Numbered from the whole stretch's first letter, positions 18,382-30,377 are shown. The stretch: DNA of 62,311 nt, filler included, from 4 parts of 4 records of this genome joined end to end with filler, not necessarily neighbours in it; one strand, 5' to 3'. Program-made: numbers and translations. The notes: a model not told the origin generated them from the sequence alone.

Positions 18382-19176
18382 TTATACGCTTTCCTGTAGT
18401 TGAAAAATCATATTACACGCTGTTGGTACAAGGTTGAATGCCTGTGGAGGAAGGGTTTCGTGGGAGCCGATGATGAGAAAACCTCCAGGAAGCAGTGACT
18501 GCAGGATCTTGTCTAGGACTATTGATTGAACATTAGGAGAGTGGTAGGTGAGCAGGTTATTACGCAGGAAAACAGCATGAAAGCCTCTGTCCGGCAATGC
18601 ACTGAAAAAGTCATGATGCTTCCAGATAATACCTTTCTTGAATGTCTGCTTGATAAAAAATTCATTTCCATGAACTGACGGGTGAAACCAGTTTAAAAGC
18701 ATGGTCGGTTCCAATTCTCGCAGGCTGCTCTTCGGGTAAATGCCTTTTTGCGCTCGCTCAAGGCATGCATTGTTTGCATCCGTAGCAAGAATTTTTATCG
18801 AAGAGCAAGTAGCCCAATGCACCTGATGCAAGATACTGAGACTGTAAACTTCTTCTCCGCAGCTACAGCCTGCAGACCAGATTTTCAGTGCATCATTTTG
18901 CTCAAGCAAGAAAGGAAAAACAGAATCGGCCAGGCTGGCCCAGAGCTTTCTGTCCCTAAAAAAACGTGAAATGGTGATCTGCAGTAAAGATAGCAGCGTC
19001 TCCTGTTCACCCCGGTTCTCGTCAAGGACATCAATGTATTCTTCCATCGAGCTGCAGCCCAGTGACTCCATATGTTTGCTGATCCGCTTCATCGGGCTTG
19101 TTCGGACTTTTCTATAGCCCTGCCAAGATCGATGGTAGTGGGCAAGCAAAATCCTGAACTCGGAGTCGGTAATCAT
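18382..19176 (-). CDS. cheR: CheR-type protein-glutamate methyltransferase
   Basis: ITISRFFRD, KIWSAGCSCGEEVYSL, LRNNLLTY and GGFLIIGSHE. Confidence 0.88.
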   Translation of the reverse strand: MITDSEFRILLAHYHRSWQGYRKVRTSPMKRISKHMESLGCSSMEEYIDVLDENRGEQETLLSLLQITISRFFRDRKLWASLADSVFPFLLEQNDALKIWSAGCSCGEEVYSLSILHQVHWATCSSIKILATDANNACLERAQKGIYPKSSLRELEPTMLLNWFHPSVHGNEFFIKQTFKKGIIWKHHDFFSALPDRGFHAVFLRNNLLTYHSPNVQSIVLDKILQSLLPGGFLIIGSHETLPPQAFNLVPTACNMIFQLQESV

Positions 19177-19267
19177 TTTCTTATCACTGTGAGTGGACGT
19201 TTGTACAGCTCTGCGGCTGTGAGTGATTTTTAGGATACCCCATGAGTAATATTACCACAGCCTGTAC

Positions 19268-19393
19268 CTAACCCGAATTTCTCATGAGCTTTTTTTTTCG
19301 AGTCAACTGCTTAATATTTAACGAAAAGACGGTGGCGCTAAAAAAACAGACTGTTTTTTCGTTGATAATCAAAAAAACTCACCCTCCGGGTCA
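19268..19393. mobile_element. MITE copy 2, truncated by contig end
   Basis: CTAACCCGAATTTCTCATGA...CTGTTTTTTCGTT..AATCAAAAAAA..CCCTCCGGGTCA aligns to 12984-13110. Confidence 0.75.
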
Positions 19394-19493
19394 NNNNNNN
19401 NNNNNNNNNNNNNNNNNNNNNNNNNNNNNNNNNNNNNTTAATTAATTAANNNNNNNNNNNNNNNNNNNNNNNNNNNNNNNNNNNNNNNNNNNN
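19394..19493. other. Artificial contig linker
   Basis: N-run, TTAATTAATTAA, N-run; 100 bp; stops in all six frames. Confidence 0.99.
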
Positions 19494-19512
19494 AGACGCA
19501 CGGCCGTGCGTC
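19494..19512. repeat. REP-like palindrome at contig start
   Basis: Palindromic AGACGCACGGCCGTGCGTCT. Confidence 0.6.
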
Positions 19513-19614
19513 TATACTGGGTGGCTGGCATATCCTTATGCACATCAAACCCCTATAAATGTTGGTACCAGATTGCAAAGCTTGTATTGTTGTATGTCAA
19601 TATAAATTGAAAAA

Positions 19615-21081
19615 ATGAAGCCTATCGCACACAGATTAAAATTGTTTATTATTCTGAGTCTGACTTTTTCCTGCGCATTCCAGCCATCGCAGGAAACCAG
19701 CCTATCTGTGCAGAATATTGTTAATCAGTTAATCGATGAGTCATCGCTGAACAATGCATCCATTGGCATCCTGATTTCTGATGCTGAAACCACAGAAGTG
19801 ATCGCAGCCCACAATCCCAATAAAAGCCTTGTACCAGCCTCCACACAAAAGCTCTTTATTTCTGGTGCTGCCCTGGAGATCTTAGGTGCCAAACATACAT
19901 TCCGGACCGGTTTGGCCTACTCGGGGAAAGTGAATAAAAATGGCGTTTTAAAGGGTGACATTATTATTGTTGGTGGAGGCGATCCTTCCTTTGGCTCCGA
20001 TGGATTTATTGATCATTATGGTGATGTTGTGGATAAATTTGCCAGTGCTGTTGCACAGGCGGGAATTAAGCAAATAGATGGAAATGTGATTACGGATGCT
20101 TCCATTTTTGGAAGGCCACAAATTCCGGACACATGGATTTGGGAAGACATCGGAAATTACTACGGCAGCCCCGCTTGCGGATTAAATATTTTCGATAATA
20201 CCTATCGGTTAACCTTTTCTTCAGCGGCGCCTGGCGATCTCACGAAAGTGGTAAATGTAGAGCCAAAACTTCCGGGAATCACCTTTCAAAACGTTGTTAC
20301 CTCAGCTCCCAACAATCGTGATAATGCATACATTTTTGGAAGCTACATGTCCACAACCAGGGAAGTTCACGGCACTATTCCGGCCAATCGCGCCCGGTTT
20401 TCCATCAAAGGGAGCATTCCAAATCCCCCACTTCAGGCAGCAACAATGTTGACTGAAAAATTGATCCAAAAAGGGATCAATGTGACTGATGAACCTGATG
20501 TTATCTGGACGGCAGCAGATAGAAGGAAATCAACCACGATTCTGGAAATACAATCGCCATCACTGAATGAAATCGTAAATAAATTAAACATGAAATCCAT
20601 CAACCTGTATGCTGAGGTGCTTTTGCTTCAACTTGCCCGGGAAGAGGAACGGGGTGTTTCGGTTGATGATGGTTATAAATTTCTGACTGAATTCTGGGCA
20701 TCAAAAGGGATGGATACAACTGGGCTGTTTTTGAAGGATGCCAGTGGCTTGTCGCGGACAAACGGAATAACGCCCAATCAGCTGGCTTTTTTGCTTGATT
20801 ATATGAAAAGTGAAAGTTCCGTGTCGAAAACATTTTTGGCTTCTTTGCCGGTGGCAGGTGAATCGGGAAGCCTGGCCAATTCTTTCATTAAGTCAAAGGG
20901 AAAGTTTTCAGCCAAATCCGGGTATATGTCGCGGGTGCTGAATTATGCCGGTTACCTGGAAACCAGTTCAGGAGATCATTTTATTGTGGTTTTGATGGTG
21001 AATAATTATACCTGCTCAGGGTCTGAAATGCGAACGCTTTGGGAGGGTTTTATTGATGAAATATATAATTTGGACCCATGA
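19615..21081 (+). CDS. dacB: D-alanyl-D-alanine carboxypeptidase/endopeptidase (PBP4, peptidase S13)
   Basis: PASTQK (SxxK), GGGDP, SINLYAE (SxN), DASGLSR and AKSGY. Confidence 0.92.
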   Translation: MKPIAHRLKLFIILSLTFSCAFQPSQETSLSVQNIVNQLIDESSLNNASIGILISDAETTEVIAAHNPNKSLVPASTQKLFISGAALEILGAKHTFRTGLAYSGKVNKNGVLKGDIIIVGGGDPSFGSDGFIDHYGDVVDKFASAVAQAGIKQIDGNVITDASIFGRPQIPDTWIWEDIGNYYGSPACGLNIFDNTYRLTFSSAAPGDLTKVVNVEPKLPGITFQNVVTSAPNNRDNAYIFGSYMSTTREVHGTIPANRARFSIKGSIPNPPLQAATMLTEKLIQKGINVTDEPDVIWTAADRRKSTTILEIQSPSLNEIVNKLNMKSINLYAEVLLLQLAREEERGVSVDDGYKFLTEFWASKGMDTTGLFLKDASGLSRTNGITPNQLAFLLDYMKSESSVSKTFLASLPVAGESGSLANSFIKSKGKFSAKSGYMSRVLNYAGYLETSSGDHFIVVLMVNNYTCSGSEMRTLWEGFIDEIYNLDP

Positions 21082-22148
21082 AAATTCTCATAAAGATCCT
21101 GACATTGCTTTCTTTCTTCCTGGGAATCATCATTTCGCTGTTGGTCCTGTTATTGATATTTGCCACAGTTTTTGATTACAGGCCCCCTCAAAATATTAAG
21201 ACCAAAATTTTGAAGTTGACAAATGAAAATGAGCTTCCAAACCGCGAACTAAAACTAATGTCCTGGAACATTGGCTATGCAGGACTGGGAAAGGAGATGG
21301 ACTTTTTTTATGATGGCGGAAAAAAGGTACGGCCATCAAAAAGCCTGAGTCAATCCTACCTGAACTCAATCCTTGGAGTTCTTGGTCAAAATAGGGAAGT
21401 TGATTTTATCCTTTTGCAGGAAGTTGATATAAAATCCAGGAGATCGCACCGGATAAATCAGGCAGAAAAAATTGCAGAAATTTTGCCTGACCACACATTT
21501 TCGTTTGCCAAAAATTACGATGTGCCTTTTGTTCCGGTTCCACCTACCAACCCAATGGGGAAAGTAAAATCGGGTTTGATGACATTATCATTGACCAATC
21601 CTGAGTCTGCTGAAAGGGTTGGTTTCCCGGGAAATTATGCATGGCCCAAAAGCCTCTTCATGCTCGACCGTTGCTTTCTGGTTCAGCGATTTAAAACCAG
21701 CAACGAAAAAGAGTTGGTTTTGGTAAACACGCATAACTCTGCTTTTGATGACGGACAGCTTCGGGAAAAACAAATGGATGCGCTCAGGCGTTTTGCCCTG
21801 GATGAATTTGCCAGAGGGAATTATGTTATCGTTGGTGGTGACTGGAATCAAAACCCGCCGGGTTATACACCTGGAGAAGTTGTGAATGGCGACCATGCTG
21901 TAAAAAACGACATGGGAAATATTCCGCCGGATTTCATGCCTGATGGATGGAAATGGGCTTATGATCAAACATCACCGACAAACAGGTTTGTTGTTGCGTC
22001 TTACGTTATGGGAGAAACACCCACCACAATCATCGATTTCTTTTTAATTTCACCCAATATAAAGATCAAATCTGTTTCAACAACTGGCCTGGGGTTTGCA
22101 TCATCCGATCACAATCCGGTACTGTTAAAAATATTGTTAAAAGATTAA
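21078..22148 (+). CDS. Endonuclease/exonuclease/phosphatase-family protein with N-terminal anchor
   Basis: SWNIGY, LLQEVD, NTHNSA, GGDWN, IDFFL and SDHNP; ATGA overlap with dacB. Confidence 0.88.
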   Translation: MKILIKILTLLSFFLGIIISLLVLLLIFATVFDYRPPQNIKTKILKLTNENELPNRELKLMSWNIGYAGLGKEMDFFYDGGKKVRPSKSLSQSYLNSILGVLGQNREVDFILLQEVDIKSRRSHRINQAEKIAEILPDHTFSFAKNYDVPFVPVPPTNPMGKVKSGLMTLSLTNPESAERVGFPGNYAWPKSLFMLDRCFLVQRFKTSNEKELVLVNTHNSAFDDGQLREKQMDALRRFALDEFARGNYVIVGGDWNQNPPGYTPGEVVNGDHAVKNDMGNIPPDFMPDGWKWAYDQTSPTNRFVVASYVMGETPTTIIDFFLISPNIKIKSVSTTGLGFASSDHNPVLLKILLKD

Positions 22149-22323
22149 CACATATATTTAACATTTTTAATTTAACACCGGAAACTTAAGCAATCACTTG
22201 CAATCAATGAAAATCAAGCATTTATCAGAATAAATGTTTACCGATTTACTTGTATTTTCCTATGCTTTGTTATAACTTTATGCCTCATTTTCATGAGATC
22301 CCTTAAATAGGACCTTAAAACTA

Positions 22324-24888
22324 ATGAAGGCAATTTTAAGACTGATATCATTAATCCTATTGCTGGCATTTTCCCTTATTTCTGCAGGGGAGGTGTCTTC
22401 ATATCCTTATAAAAACACTGCTTTTAAACATGTATTATCACCCAATATCACACATTACAGCCTCACTGAAAACCCTGTTGATCATCCCATTTCCTCCAGG
22501 CTGTATTTGAATAATCCGTTGTTACCCGAACCCTTATCAGGTGGTGATAGCCTTGTACTGTTTGCGGGAAATGACACAACGGTTTGCTTTTCAGGGTTTT
22601 ATGTTGATGTTTACGGAGAGGCCCAAAATTTTTATTACACATCCTGGGCAACAACCGGCGATGGTTTTTTTGCACAGGCCACACAATTACATACCCAGTA
22701 TTTTCCCGGCCCTCAGGACAAAGCCAATGGTATTGCGAATATATATCTCGTAGGCATTTGTGTTGTTCCCGACTACATACGCATAGTTGACTCTATACAG
22801 GTTTCGCTGATTCAAACGCCATCTTGTTTTGCAGGATTGGACGATTTTATTTGTGAAGATGATTCGTATCAAATTATGGCCGAAGCCGGTTCCTATGCTG
22901 AGCTCAATTGGAGTTCAACCGGTGATGGTTCTTTTGATCAGACTGATATATTAAACCCAAAATATTTTCACGGTACCACCGATCTTGCAAACGGCCAGGT
23001 AACACTGGAGCTTGTAGCTTCTGCCATGGAACCCTGCATACTACCGGATGTTAATCAGATGACGCTGTATATTATTAAGAAACCCATGGTAAGTGCAGGA
23101 AACGACACCATTTTGTGTGAAGGCCAGATGTTGCAACTCAATGCAGAAGTTTCCAACGGCAATGGCATTTTCTGGACAAGTGATGGCGATGGAAGTTTCT
23201 CAGAAATAACTGCTACGGATCCGGTTTATAATCCCGGGCCAATGGATATCGAAACAGGTGGTTGTGTGTTGGTGGTTAATGTTGCTCCGGTTTATCCATG
23301 TGACCCATACCCCGGAGATGAGCTTTTACTGGAAATTGTCTCACACCCTGATGTTAGCCTGGGCAGCGATCAAACCATATGTGAAGATGGGGCGCTGGTT
23401 TGTGAATCAACCGTTGAAAATTACGAATCATTGCAATGGCAGGTTCTTGGTGGTAACGGATTTTTTGAGGATTCATCCCAGATGAACACCATCTATCACC
23501 CCGGCGAACACGAAAAAAACACCGGTGTGTTTTTTATCATGTTGATTGTAAATGCCAATGATCCATGTACCTCCGAAATCAGTGCTTACTTTAAAGTGGA
23601 CCTCGTTAATCAGGCCGTAATTTCTGTTGGGGCCGATCAGCTGATTTGCAGCACTGACACAGCAAATCTTTATGGTGTTGGCGAAAATTATGAAAGTGTT
23701 TTTTGGCAAACAAATGGCGATGGCACCTTTTTGGGTGATGACCAGTTAAGCAGAAAATACTTTCCCGGAACCGGGGACAAACAAAATGGATTTACCGAAA
23801 TATTCATCTGCGCCACACCCGTTTCACCATGCGAAATGGTGGTTTGTGATACTATGCAATTGTTGCTTCAGGAGCCGGCTGAAATATTTGCCGGAAATGA
23901 TGTTACAATTTGTCAGGATGTTATGCTGACCGGTGAAGTAGAACATGCCGAATTGGTTTATTGGGTTACAACAGGTGATGGAACATTTGAAAATCAAACC
24001 AGTATCGGCACATTATATCACGCCGGCCCCGGGGACATTGAAGACCGTTCAGTAACCGTATCATTAATTGCTGAATCTTTGTTGCCATGTGAAGCAATTG
24101 CTTCAGATGACATATTCATAACAATCGATAGGCCGGTACTTGAATCAGAAAACTTATCCGATCAGGAATTGCTTGTTGGTGAATCTGCAAACCTGAGCAT
24201 TACAGTTTCTTCTCTTCAGCAGCTTTCCTACCAATGGTTTCATAAAGGTGAAGTATTATCAGGCCAAAATTCACCAGAACTGAATTTAACTGAATGTCAG
24301 CACACGGATGCAGGTCGTTATTATTGTTTGTTTTGGAATGATTGTTTCACTTCTGCAAGTGACACTGCCATGATTACAGTGTTTGCCCCCTCTTCTCAGA
24401 TCATTACGTTAACTGATGGATGGAATGCAGTTTCATCCTATGTTTTACCATCATCATCTGAAATTGAAGTGGTGTTATTGCCAATTATCGATGAGCTTGT
24501 TATTTTATACAGCAATGAAGGGATCTTTTATCCCGGCCAGGACGTTCAAACATTTTCCAATTGGAATGCTAACCATGGATATATTCTTAAAACCACAACG
24601 GCTGATAATTTCACGATTAACGGGTTCATCAAATATCCGTCTGAAGAAATCATCCTTCAGCCAGGCTGGTCATTGCTTCCTGGTGCACAGAGCTGTGCAG
24701 TAACACCAGAAGAATTATTCGGGAGTAACCCTCAAATAGCCGCCATTAAAGAGGTGGGTGGATTCAGGATTTATTGGCCCGAAAAGCATATTTTTACCCT
24801 GGAGAATATAAATCCCGGAAAAGCGTATGCAGTATTTAATGCCTCGGATGAGGTGATTACACTTACCTTTCCGGGATGTGATGATTAA
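22324..24888 (+). CDS. Secreted repeat protein (six ~85-90 aa beta-rich repeats plus an Ig-like domain)
   Basis: Signal peptide; repeated AG.D..(I/V)C ... W.T.GDG.F ... Y.PG..D ... PC; YQWFHKG..DAGRYYC Ig-like domain; C-terminal GWN/GWS modules. Confidence 0.8.
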   Translation: MKAILRLISLILLLAFSLISAGEVSSYPYKNTAFKHVLSPNITHYSLTENPVDHPISSRLYLNNPLLPEPLSGGDSLVLFAGNDTTVCFSGFYVDVYGEAQNFYYTSWATTGDGFFAQATQLHTQYFPGPQDKANGIANIYLVGICVVPDYIRIVDSIQVSLIQTPSCFAGLDDFICEDDSYQIMAEAGSYAELNWSSTGDGSFDQTDILNPKYFHGTTDLANGQVTLELVASAMEPCILPDVNQMTLYIIKKPMVSAGNDTILCEGQMLQLNAEVSNGNGIFWTSDGDGSFSEITATDPVYNPGPMDIETGGCVLVVNVAPVYPCDPYPGDELLLEIVSHPDVSLGSDQTICEDGALVCESTVENYESLQWQVLGGNGFFEDSSQMNTIYHPGEHEKNTGVFFIMLIVNANDPCTSEISAYFKVDLVNQAVISVGADQLICSTDTANLYGVGENYESVFWQTNGDGTFLGDDQLSRKYFPGTGDKQNGFTEIFICATPVSPCEMVVCDTMQLLLQEPAEIFAGNDVTICQDVMLTGEVEHAELVYWVTTGDGTFENQTSIGTLYHAGPGDIEDRSVTVSLIAESLLPCEAIASDDIFITIDRPVLESENLSDQELLVGESANLSITVSSLQQLSYQWFHKGEVLSGQNSPELNLTECQHTDAGRYYCLFWNDCFTSASDTAMITVFAPSSQIITLTDGWNAVSSYVLPSSSEIEVVLLPIIDELVILYSNEGIFYPGQDVQTFSNWNANHGYILKTTTADNFTINGFIKYPSEEIILQPGWSLLPGAQSCAVTPEELFGSNPQIAAIKEVGGFRIYWPEKHIFTLENINPGKAYAVFNASDEVITLTFPGCDD

Positions 24889-24903
24889 AAAAAACAGTTT
24901 TTT

Positions 24904-27063
24904 TTAATCTTCTTTTCTGCTTTCAATCAGAATTTCCAGAATCTTGATTCCGGCTTCAGTTACTACTGTTCCCGGGCCGAAAATGGCTACTGCGCCTGAT
25001 TCATACAGGAAGTCATAATCCTGGTGAGGAATTACGCCCCCTACGATTACCATGATATCTTCGCGCCCCAGCTTTTTCAATTCTGCGATAACTTGTGGGA
25101 CTAATGTTTTATGTCCTGCGGCAAGGCTTGAAACGCCCAGCACATGCACATCATTTTCCACAGCCTGGCGGGCAGCTTCGGCAGGGGTTTGAAATAATGG
25201 CCCGATATCCACATCAAAACCGATATCGGCATAGCCTGTCGAAACAACTTTGGCTCCGCGGTCGTGGCCGTCCTGGCCCATTTTTGCAATCATGATACGC
25301 GGACGCCGTCCTTCGATTTCCGCAAATTTGTCAGCCAGTTCAGTGGCTTTGGCAAATTTTTCGTCTCCTTTGGTTTCTGATGAATACACGCCTGAAATAG
25401 ATCTGATTACTGCTTTATATCTTCCAAAAACTTTTTCACAAGCATCTGAGATTTCACCAAGTGATGCCCTGCGTTTGGCTGCCTCTACCGAGAGTTCCAG
25501 CAGGTTGCCTTCGCCTGTTTCGCAGGCTTTGGTAATGGCTGTCAATGCTTCCTGAACAGCTTCTTCATTACGCTCTGCCCTGAGTTTTTTCAAACGTTCA
25601 ATTTGGGATTTTCTTACAGCCGTGTTATCCACCTCCAGGGTCTCAAGCGGGTCTTCCTTGTCGAGCCGGTATTTGTTAATGCCCACAATGGTGTCCTTAT
25701 GCGAATCGATCCTTGCCTGCTTGCGGGCTGCAGCCTCTTCGATACGCATTTTTGGCACACCGGTTTCGATGGCTTTGGCCATGCCACCCAGCTCTTCAAC
25801 CTCTTCGATTAAACTCCAGGCTTTGTGTGCAATCTCATGGGTGAGTTTCTCAACATAATGTGACCCGGCCCAGGGGTCAACAGCTTTAGTGATATCGGTC
25901 TCTTCCTGGATGTAGATTTGGGTATTTCTGGCAATCCTTGCGGAAAAGTCTGTAGGCAGTGCGATAGCCTCGTCCAAAGCATTGGTGTGGAGTGATTGTG
26001 TATGGCCAAGGGTAGCTCCCAGGGCTTCCACGCAGGTACGTGCCACGTTGTTGAACGGATCCTGCTCGGTAAGGCTCCATCCAGAGGTCTGGCTGTGTGT
26101 ACGCAAAGCCATCGATTTGGGGTTTTTCGGGTTGAAACGTTTCACAATTTTAGCCCATAGTATCCTGGCTGCACGCATCTTGGCAATCTCCATAAAATGA
26201 TTCATACCGACGGCCCAGAAGAAAGACAGGCGCGGTGCAAATGAGTCGATATCCATACCTGCTTCCACACCTTTTCTCAGGTATTCCATGCCATCGGCCA
26301 GGGTGTAGGCCAACTCGATGTCGGCTGTGGCACCGGCTTCCTGCATATGATAACCTGAAATACTGATGGAATTGAACCTGGGCATATGTTGCGAAGTATA
26401 TTGAAAAATATCCGCAATGATCCTCATTGAAGGCAAAGGAGGATAGATGTATGTATTCCGAACCATGAATTCCTTGAGGATGTCGTTCTGGATGGTACCG
26501 GTAAGTTGGTCCAGTTTTGCGCCCTGTTCAAGTCCCGCAACGATGTAGAAGGCCAGAACCGGAAGCACGGCACCATTCATTGTCATGGATACCGACATTT
26601 TGTCAAGTGGTATCTGATCGAAAAGGATTTCCATATCAAGGATCGAATCCACAGCCACACCTGCTTTTCCAACATCACCTTCAACACGTGGGTGATCTGA
26701 ATCATAACCGCGGTGTGTGGCCAGGTCGAAAGCGATGGATAAACCTTTCTGGCCTGCGGCCAGGTTGCGGCGATAAAATGCGTTGGACTCTTCGGCAGTT
26801 GAAAACCCGGCATACTGGCGGATGGTCCAGGGACGTATCACGTACATGGTAGAGTAAGGGCCGCGGAGGTATGGCGGAATCCCGGCAGCATAGTTCAGGT
26901 GTTCCATCTTTTCCAGGTCAGCTTTTGTGTAAACTGATTTTACGGGTATCTGCTCAGGGGTGAGCCAATGTTCTTCGATTTTGTTATCGTGTTCCCACTG
27001 GTGTGCATCGTAACCGGCGGGCGGGGCTGATTTGATATCTATATTTTTGAAATTCGGTTTCAT
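24904..27063 (-). CDS. scpA: Methylmalonyl-CoA mutase, large (catalytic) subunit
   Basis: [22 protein letters not shown] and the B12-binding motif QDGHDRG..SSLAAGH. Confidence 0.97.
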   Translation of the reverse strand: MKPNFKNIDIKSAPPAGYDAHQWEHDNKIEEHWLTPEQIPVKSVYTKADLEKMEHLNYAAGIPPYLRGPYSTMYVIRPWTIRQYAGFSTAEESNAFYRRNLAAGQKGLSIAFDLATHRGYDSDHPRVEGDVGKAGVAVDSILDMEILFDQIPLDKMSVSMTMNGAVLPVLAFYIVAGLEQGAKLDQLTGTIQNDILKEFMVRNTYIYPPLPSMRIIADIFQYTSQHMPRFNSISISGYHMQEAGATADIELAYTLADGMEYLRKGVEAGMDIDSFAPRLSFFWAVGMNHFMEIAKMRAARILWAKIVKRFNPKNPKSMALRTHSQTSGWSLTEQDPFNNVARTCVEALGATLGHTQSLHTNALDEAIALPTDFSARIARNTQIYIQEETDITKAVDPWAGSHYVEKLTHEIAHKAWSLIEEVEELGGMAKAIETGVPKMRIEEAAARKQARIDSHKDTIVGINKYRLDKEDPLETLEVDNTAVRKSQIERLKKLRAERNEEAVQEALTAITKACETGEGNLLELSVEAAKRRASLGEISDACEKVFGRYKAVIRSISGVYSSETKGDEKFAKATELADKFAEIEGRRPRIMIAKMGQDGHDRGAKVVSTGYADIGFDVDIGPLFQTPAEAARQAVENDVHVLGVSSLAAGHKTLVPQVIAELKKLGREDIMVIVGGVIPHQDYDFLYESGAVAIFGPGTVVTEAGIKILEILIESRKED

Positions 27064-27080
27064 AAATTCAGTTTTTAAGA

Positions 27081-28976
27081 TTAAGCAATGCCAAGCATTT
27101 TTTGGAAGTTTGTCAAAGTTTCCAACACATTGGATTTGATATGAATGAAATGCTTCAGTCCTTTTTCCTTTAATTCATCGATGGTATCTTTAGGATAACC
27201 GGCAATGACCACGATGGCTTTGTCTCCCATCTTCTCCAGTATTTCCGGAGCAATCAACGGGTAATCTTCATCTGCAGCGCAGATTACAACGATTTCAGCT
27301 TTGCTTGTCATGGCGGCTTTCACACCATCATCCACAGTTTTAAATCCGTTGTTATCGATGATTTCGTATCCGGCACAGGCAAAAAAGTTTCCTGAAAATT
27401 GTGACCTGGCTCTTCGCATCGAAAGGCTTCCGTAGGTAAGCATGAATGCCGCCGGCCGTTTGTTTTCTTGTGAGAACCGGTCAGTTTTGGCGCGCATCTG
27501 CTCAAATGGCTGGGCTCCGCGATAGGGTTTCAACGTTTCCACAATGGCATTTTCCATGCTGCAATCGATGGGCTCCATTACGAAGTCCCGAATGTTTTCA
27601 TCAAGGTTTTCCGTGTAATTGGGATACTGGTTCGACCCAACCAAAACTTTCTTGCGTGAGGCAATCGCTATGTTGCGGCCCTCAGCATTTTCTTTGATTT
27701 GTTTTTGGATGATGCCTTTTTTGAATGCCTCGATAAATCCACCCTGATCTTCGATTTCAAGGAATAGCTTCCAGGCTTCTTCAATCAGCGAATCTGTCAG
27801 GTTTTCGATGTAATAGGACCCTGATGCCGGATCAACAATTTTATCCAGGTATGATTCTTCTTTAAGCAGCAACTGCTGGTTACGGGCAATGCGTTCCGAA
27901 AATTCGTTGGGTTGTTGATAAATGGCGTTAAACGGTTTAACTGTCAGTGAATTGGTTCCACCGATAATCGCCGACATGCTTTCGGTAGTCGTACGAAGCA
28001 TGTTCACGTAAGGATCGTAAAGTGTTTTGTTCCAGTCGGCCGTAACCGAATGAATGTGTGTACGTGTGATTTCAGCGTTTGACGGGCCATAGGCATTCAC
28101 CACTTTTGCCCAGAGAAAGCGGGCTGCACGCACCTTGGCAATTTCCATAAAATAGCTTGATCCAACAGCAAAATGAAATTTGATGTTCGGAGCGATGTCA
28201 TCTATCGAAATTCCATTTTCGGTGAGCCGGCTTAAGTAAGCGTTTCCGTATGCCATGGCAAAGGCCAGCTCCTGAACGATGTTGGAACCTGAATTCTTGA
28301 AATGTGTTGCATTAACCGACAGTGTGCGGAAATGCGGAATGTGCTTGCTATCTTGGATGATGTCGGCACAATCCTCAAAATCCTGTTCTTCGCTTTGATA
28401 GAAGTTTCCACCAATGATGAGGTTGTTGATGGGATCGAAGTTTACCGCACCATGAATTTTTTGCAGATCGCGATTATATTTTTTAATCAGTTCCAGATAA
28501 ATCTTTAAAATGTTGGGTGCCTGTTTTCCGCAGGTAAAATTCACCTCCACAATCTGGGCATAGATATTTTCCATCAACTGCTCGATGTCATCGATGGTGT
28601 ATTCATGGTTTTGATCAAGCACAAAGCCCAGTGAATCAACACCTTTCATCAGGATGTTAAGCGCTTTTTTATTGGCCTCTTTGATGTCGCTAACACCAAT
28701 GTTCTGGCGAACAAACCAGTTGTTTTCCTTTTTACGGCCGCTGCGTACAAACGGGAAATCGCCCGGGAACACATCCAGATACCCCAGTTTTTCCAGGTCT
28801 TCTTTCCGGTAATATGGGTTTACCTTAAAACCTTCAGGTGTGCGCCAAACGAGTTTCCGCTCGTAATCGGCACCTTTCAGATCCTTGTTAATTACAGCTT
28901 CCCACGCTTCGGTGCTCACCGGCGGGAAGTTTTCGAAGAGCATTTTCTGCGCTTCAGGCTTTTTAATATCATCCAT
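27081..28976 (-). CDS. mutA: Methylmalonyl-CoA mutase, small subunit
   Basis: [38 protein letters not shown] and [14 protein letters not shown]; no DxHxxG. Confidence 0.9.
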   Translation of the reverse strand: MDDIKKPEAQKMLFENFPPVSTEAWEAVINKDLKGADYERKLVWRTPEGFKVNPYYRKEDLEKLGYLDVFPGDFPFVRSGRKKENNWFVRQNIGVSDIKEANKKALNILMKGVDSLGFVLDQNHEYTIDDIEQLMENIYAQIVEVNFTCGKQAPNILKIYLELIKKYNRDLQKIHGAVNFDPINNLIIGGNFYQSEEQDFEDCADIIQDSKHIPHFRTLSVNATHFKNSGSNIVQELAFAMAYGNAYLSRLTENGISIDDIAPNIKFHFAVGSSYFMEIAKVRAARFLWAKVVNAYGPSNAEITRTHIHSVTADWNKTLYDPYVNMLRTTTESMSAIIGGTNSLTVKPFNAIYQQPNEFSERIARNQQLLLKEESYLDKIVDPASGSYYIENLTDSLIEEAWKLFLEIEDQGGFIEAFKKGIIQKQIKENAEGRNIAIASRKKVLVGSNQYPNYTENLDENIRDFVMEPIDCSMENAIVETLKPYRGAQPFEQMRAKTDRFSQENKRPAAFMLTYGSLSMRRARSQFSGNFFACAGYEIIDNNGFKTVDDGVKAAMTSKAEIVVICAADEDYPLIAPEILEKMGDKAIVVIAGYPKDTIDELKEKGLKHFIHIKSNVLETLTNFQKMLGIA

Positions 28977-29051
28977 AATCAACCGCTTTGGTTTTATTTA
29001 ATTTTGATGTTATATACTTAATAAACAACTTGTTTAATCTAAAACTGCCGG

Positions 29052-29059
29052 CAAAATTA
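29052..29059 (-). promoter_or_regulatory. Bacteroidota -7 promoter element upstream of the mutase genes
   Basis: TAATTTTG fits TAnnTTTG; no clear -33 TTTG. Confidence 0.45.
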
Positions 29060-29822
29060 TAATAATAAAAATTGTGGTTTGAGAAGTTGTTGTTAAAGGC
29101 TTAACAATATCGGTTACAAAGTCTAACAGACTTATGAATGGTGAAGATAGAGGATGGAAATTAGCTGGTTAATTGCAGATTAGTGATTGATACTTGACGA
29201 TTTGCCTGACTATGTTAGTGAAATATTTTAAACAGAATCAAGAAAAAAGGATCATGAGATTCAAACAGGATGTCCATCGATCATTGTAAAAGTAATTCTA
29301 TTAAAACAGGAATTTGATAATTGGATAAGTTCTTTGGCGTACATAGCCTTGATCATTTGATGAGCAATCCTGAAATTTTCGAGTGGTGATCGTTCCCCCC
29401 ATTATTTTGGCAGAAGCAGAATTTTCATCTTCAAACGAATTAAAAAACGTCAGGGATTTTCCTTTACATTCGGTTTTGGAAACATCAATATTTACATTTT
29501 TGGTCGTCTTTTCATTTTTACGATTAAAAAAAACTTTAAAATTCTCTATTTACGAATACTAATTTAGCAATTAATCAATTCACAAAAACGATCTTTTTTT
29601 CAGTGACAGTAACGGAAAGACAACTGGTTATCAACAATTGTCAATATCTGAAACCTGAATCCTGTCTTTTTGTCAGCAAAAATGTCAGTAGCATTTCAAG
29701 GTTTGGCGCTGTATTGTGAAACCCGCTAACCCCTTAAAATAAAAGCATACAAAGGTTTTTCCCAGCCATTTACATTTTTCGTGTCATTAAAATGGGTTTA
29801 ATAAACCGGGCATAAATGGCAT

Positions 29823-29837
29823 TGGCACAATGATTGA
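29823..29837 (+). promoter_or_regulatory. Sigma54-type -24/-12 promoter for dnaK
   Basis: TGGCAC-AATGA-TTGA about 60 bp before the ATG (GA instead of GC at -12). Confidence 0.6.
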
Positions 29838-29896
29838 CCATCGGCGGGTCAAATCATAAAATTGAAAATTTAAAAATTTAGAAAGGAAAATATATT

Positions 29897-30277
29897 ATGG
29901 GAAAAATAATTGGAATTGACCTTGGAACCACAAACTCATGTGTGGCTGTTATGGAAGGTAACGAACCTGTAGTAATCCCCAACTCGGAAGGGCGCCGCAC
30001 TACACCTTCAATTGTTGCTTTTACGGAAAATAATGAACGCAAAATTGGTGATCCTGCAAAACGTCAGGCCATCACCAACCCAACCCAGACTGTTTATTCG
30101 ATTAAGCGGTTTATGGGCGAACCCTGGGATCGTGTACAAACCGAAACCAACAGGGTATCATACAAAGTTGAAAAAGGTGAAAACAACACCCCGCGTGTAA
30201 AAATTCAGGATCGTCAATATACACCACAGGAGATTTCAGCCATGGTGCTTCAGAAAATGAAGAAAACTGCTGAAGAT
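29897..30277 (+). CDS. dnaK: Chaperone DnaK (5' part only)
   Basis: [21 protein letters not shown] and [10 protein letters not shown]; cut by contig end. Confidence 0.98.
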
Positions 30278-30377
30278 NNNNNNNNNNNNNNNNNNNNNNN
30301 NNNNNNNNNNNNNNNNNNNNNTTAATTAATTAANNNNNNNNNNNNNNNNNNNNNNNNNNNNNNNNNNNNNNNNNNNN
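30278..30377. other. Artificial contig linker
   Basis: Same N/TTAATTAATTAA spacer. Confidence 0.99.

Noticed and set aside
19438-19449. TTAATTAATTAA repeated three times in the window
   Set aside because: Assembly linker, not biological
1-28976. Functional link between the cbi operon and the B12-dependent methylmalonyl-CoA mutase
   Set aside because: They lie on different contigs from apparently different phyla
29250-29520. Possible decayed small gene on the minus strand between mutA and dnaK
   Set aside because: Only short broken frames with no family I can support
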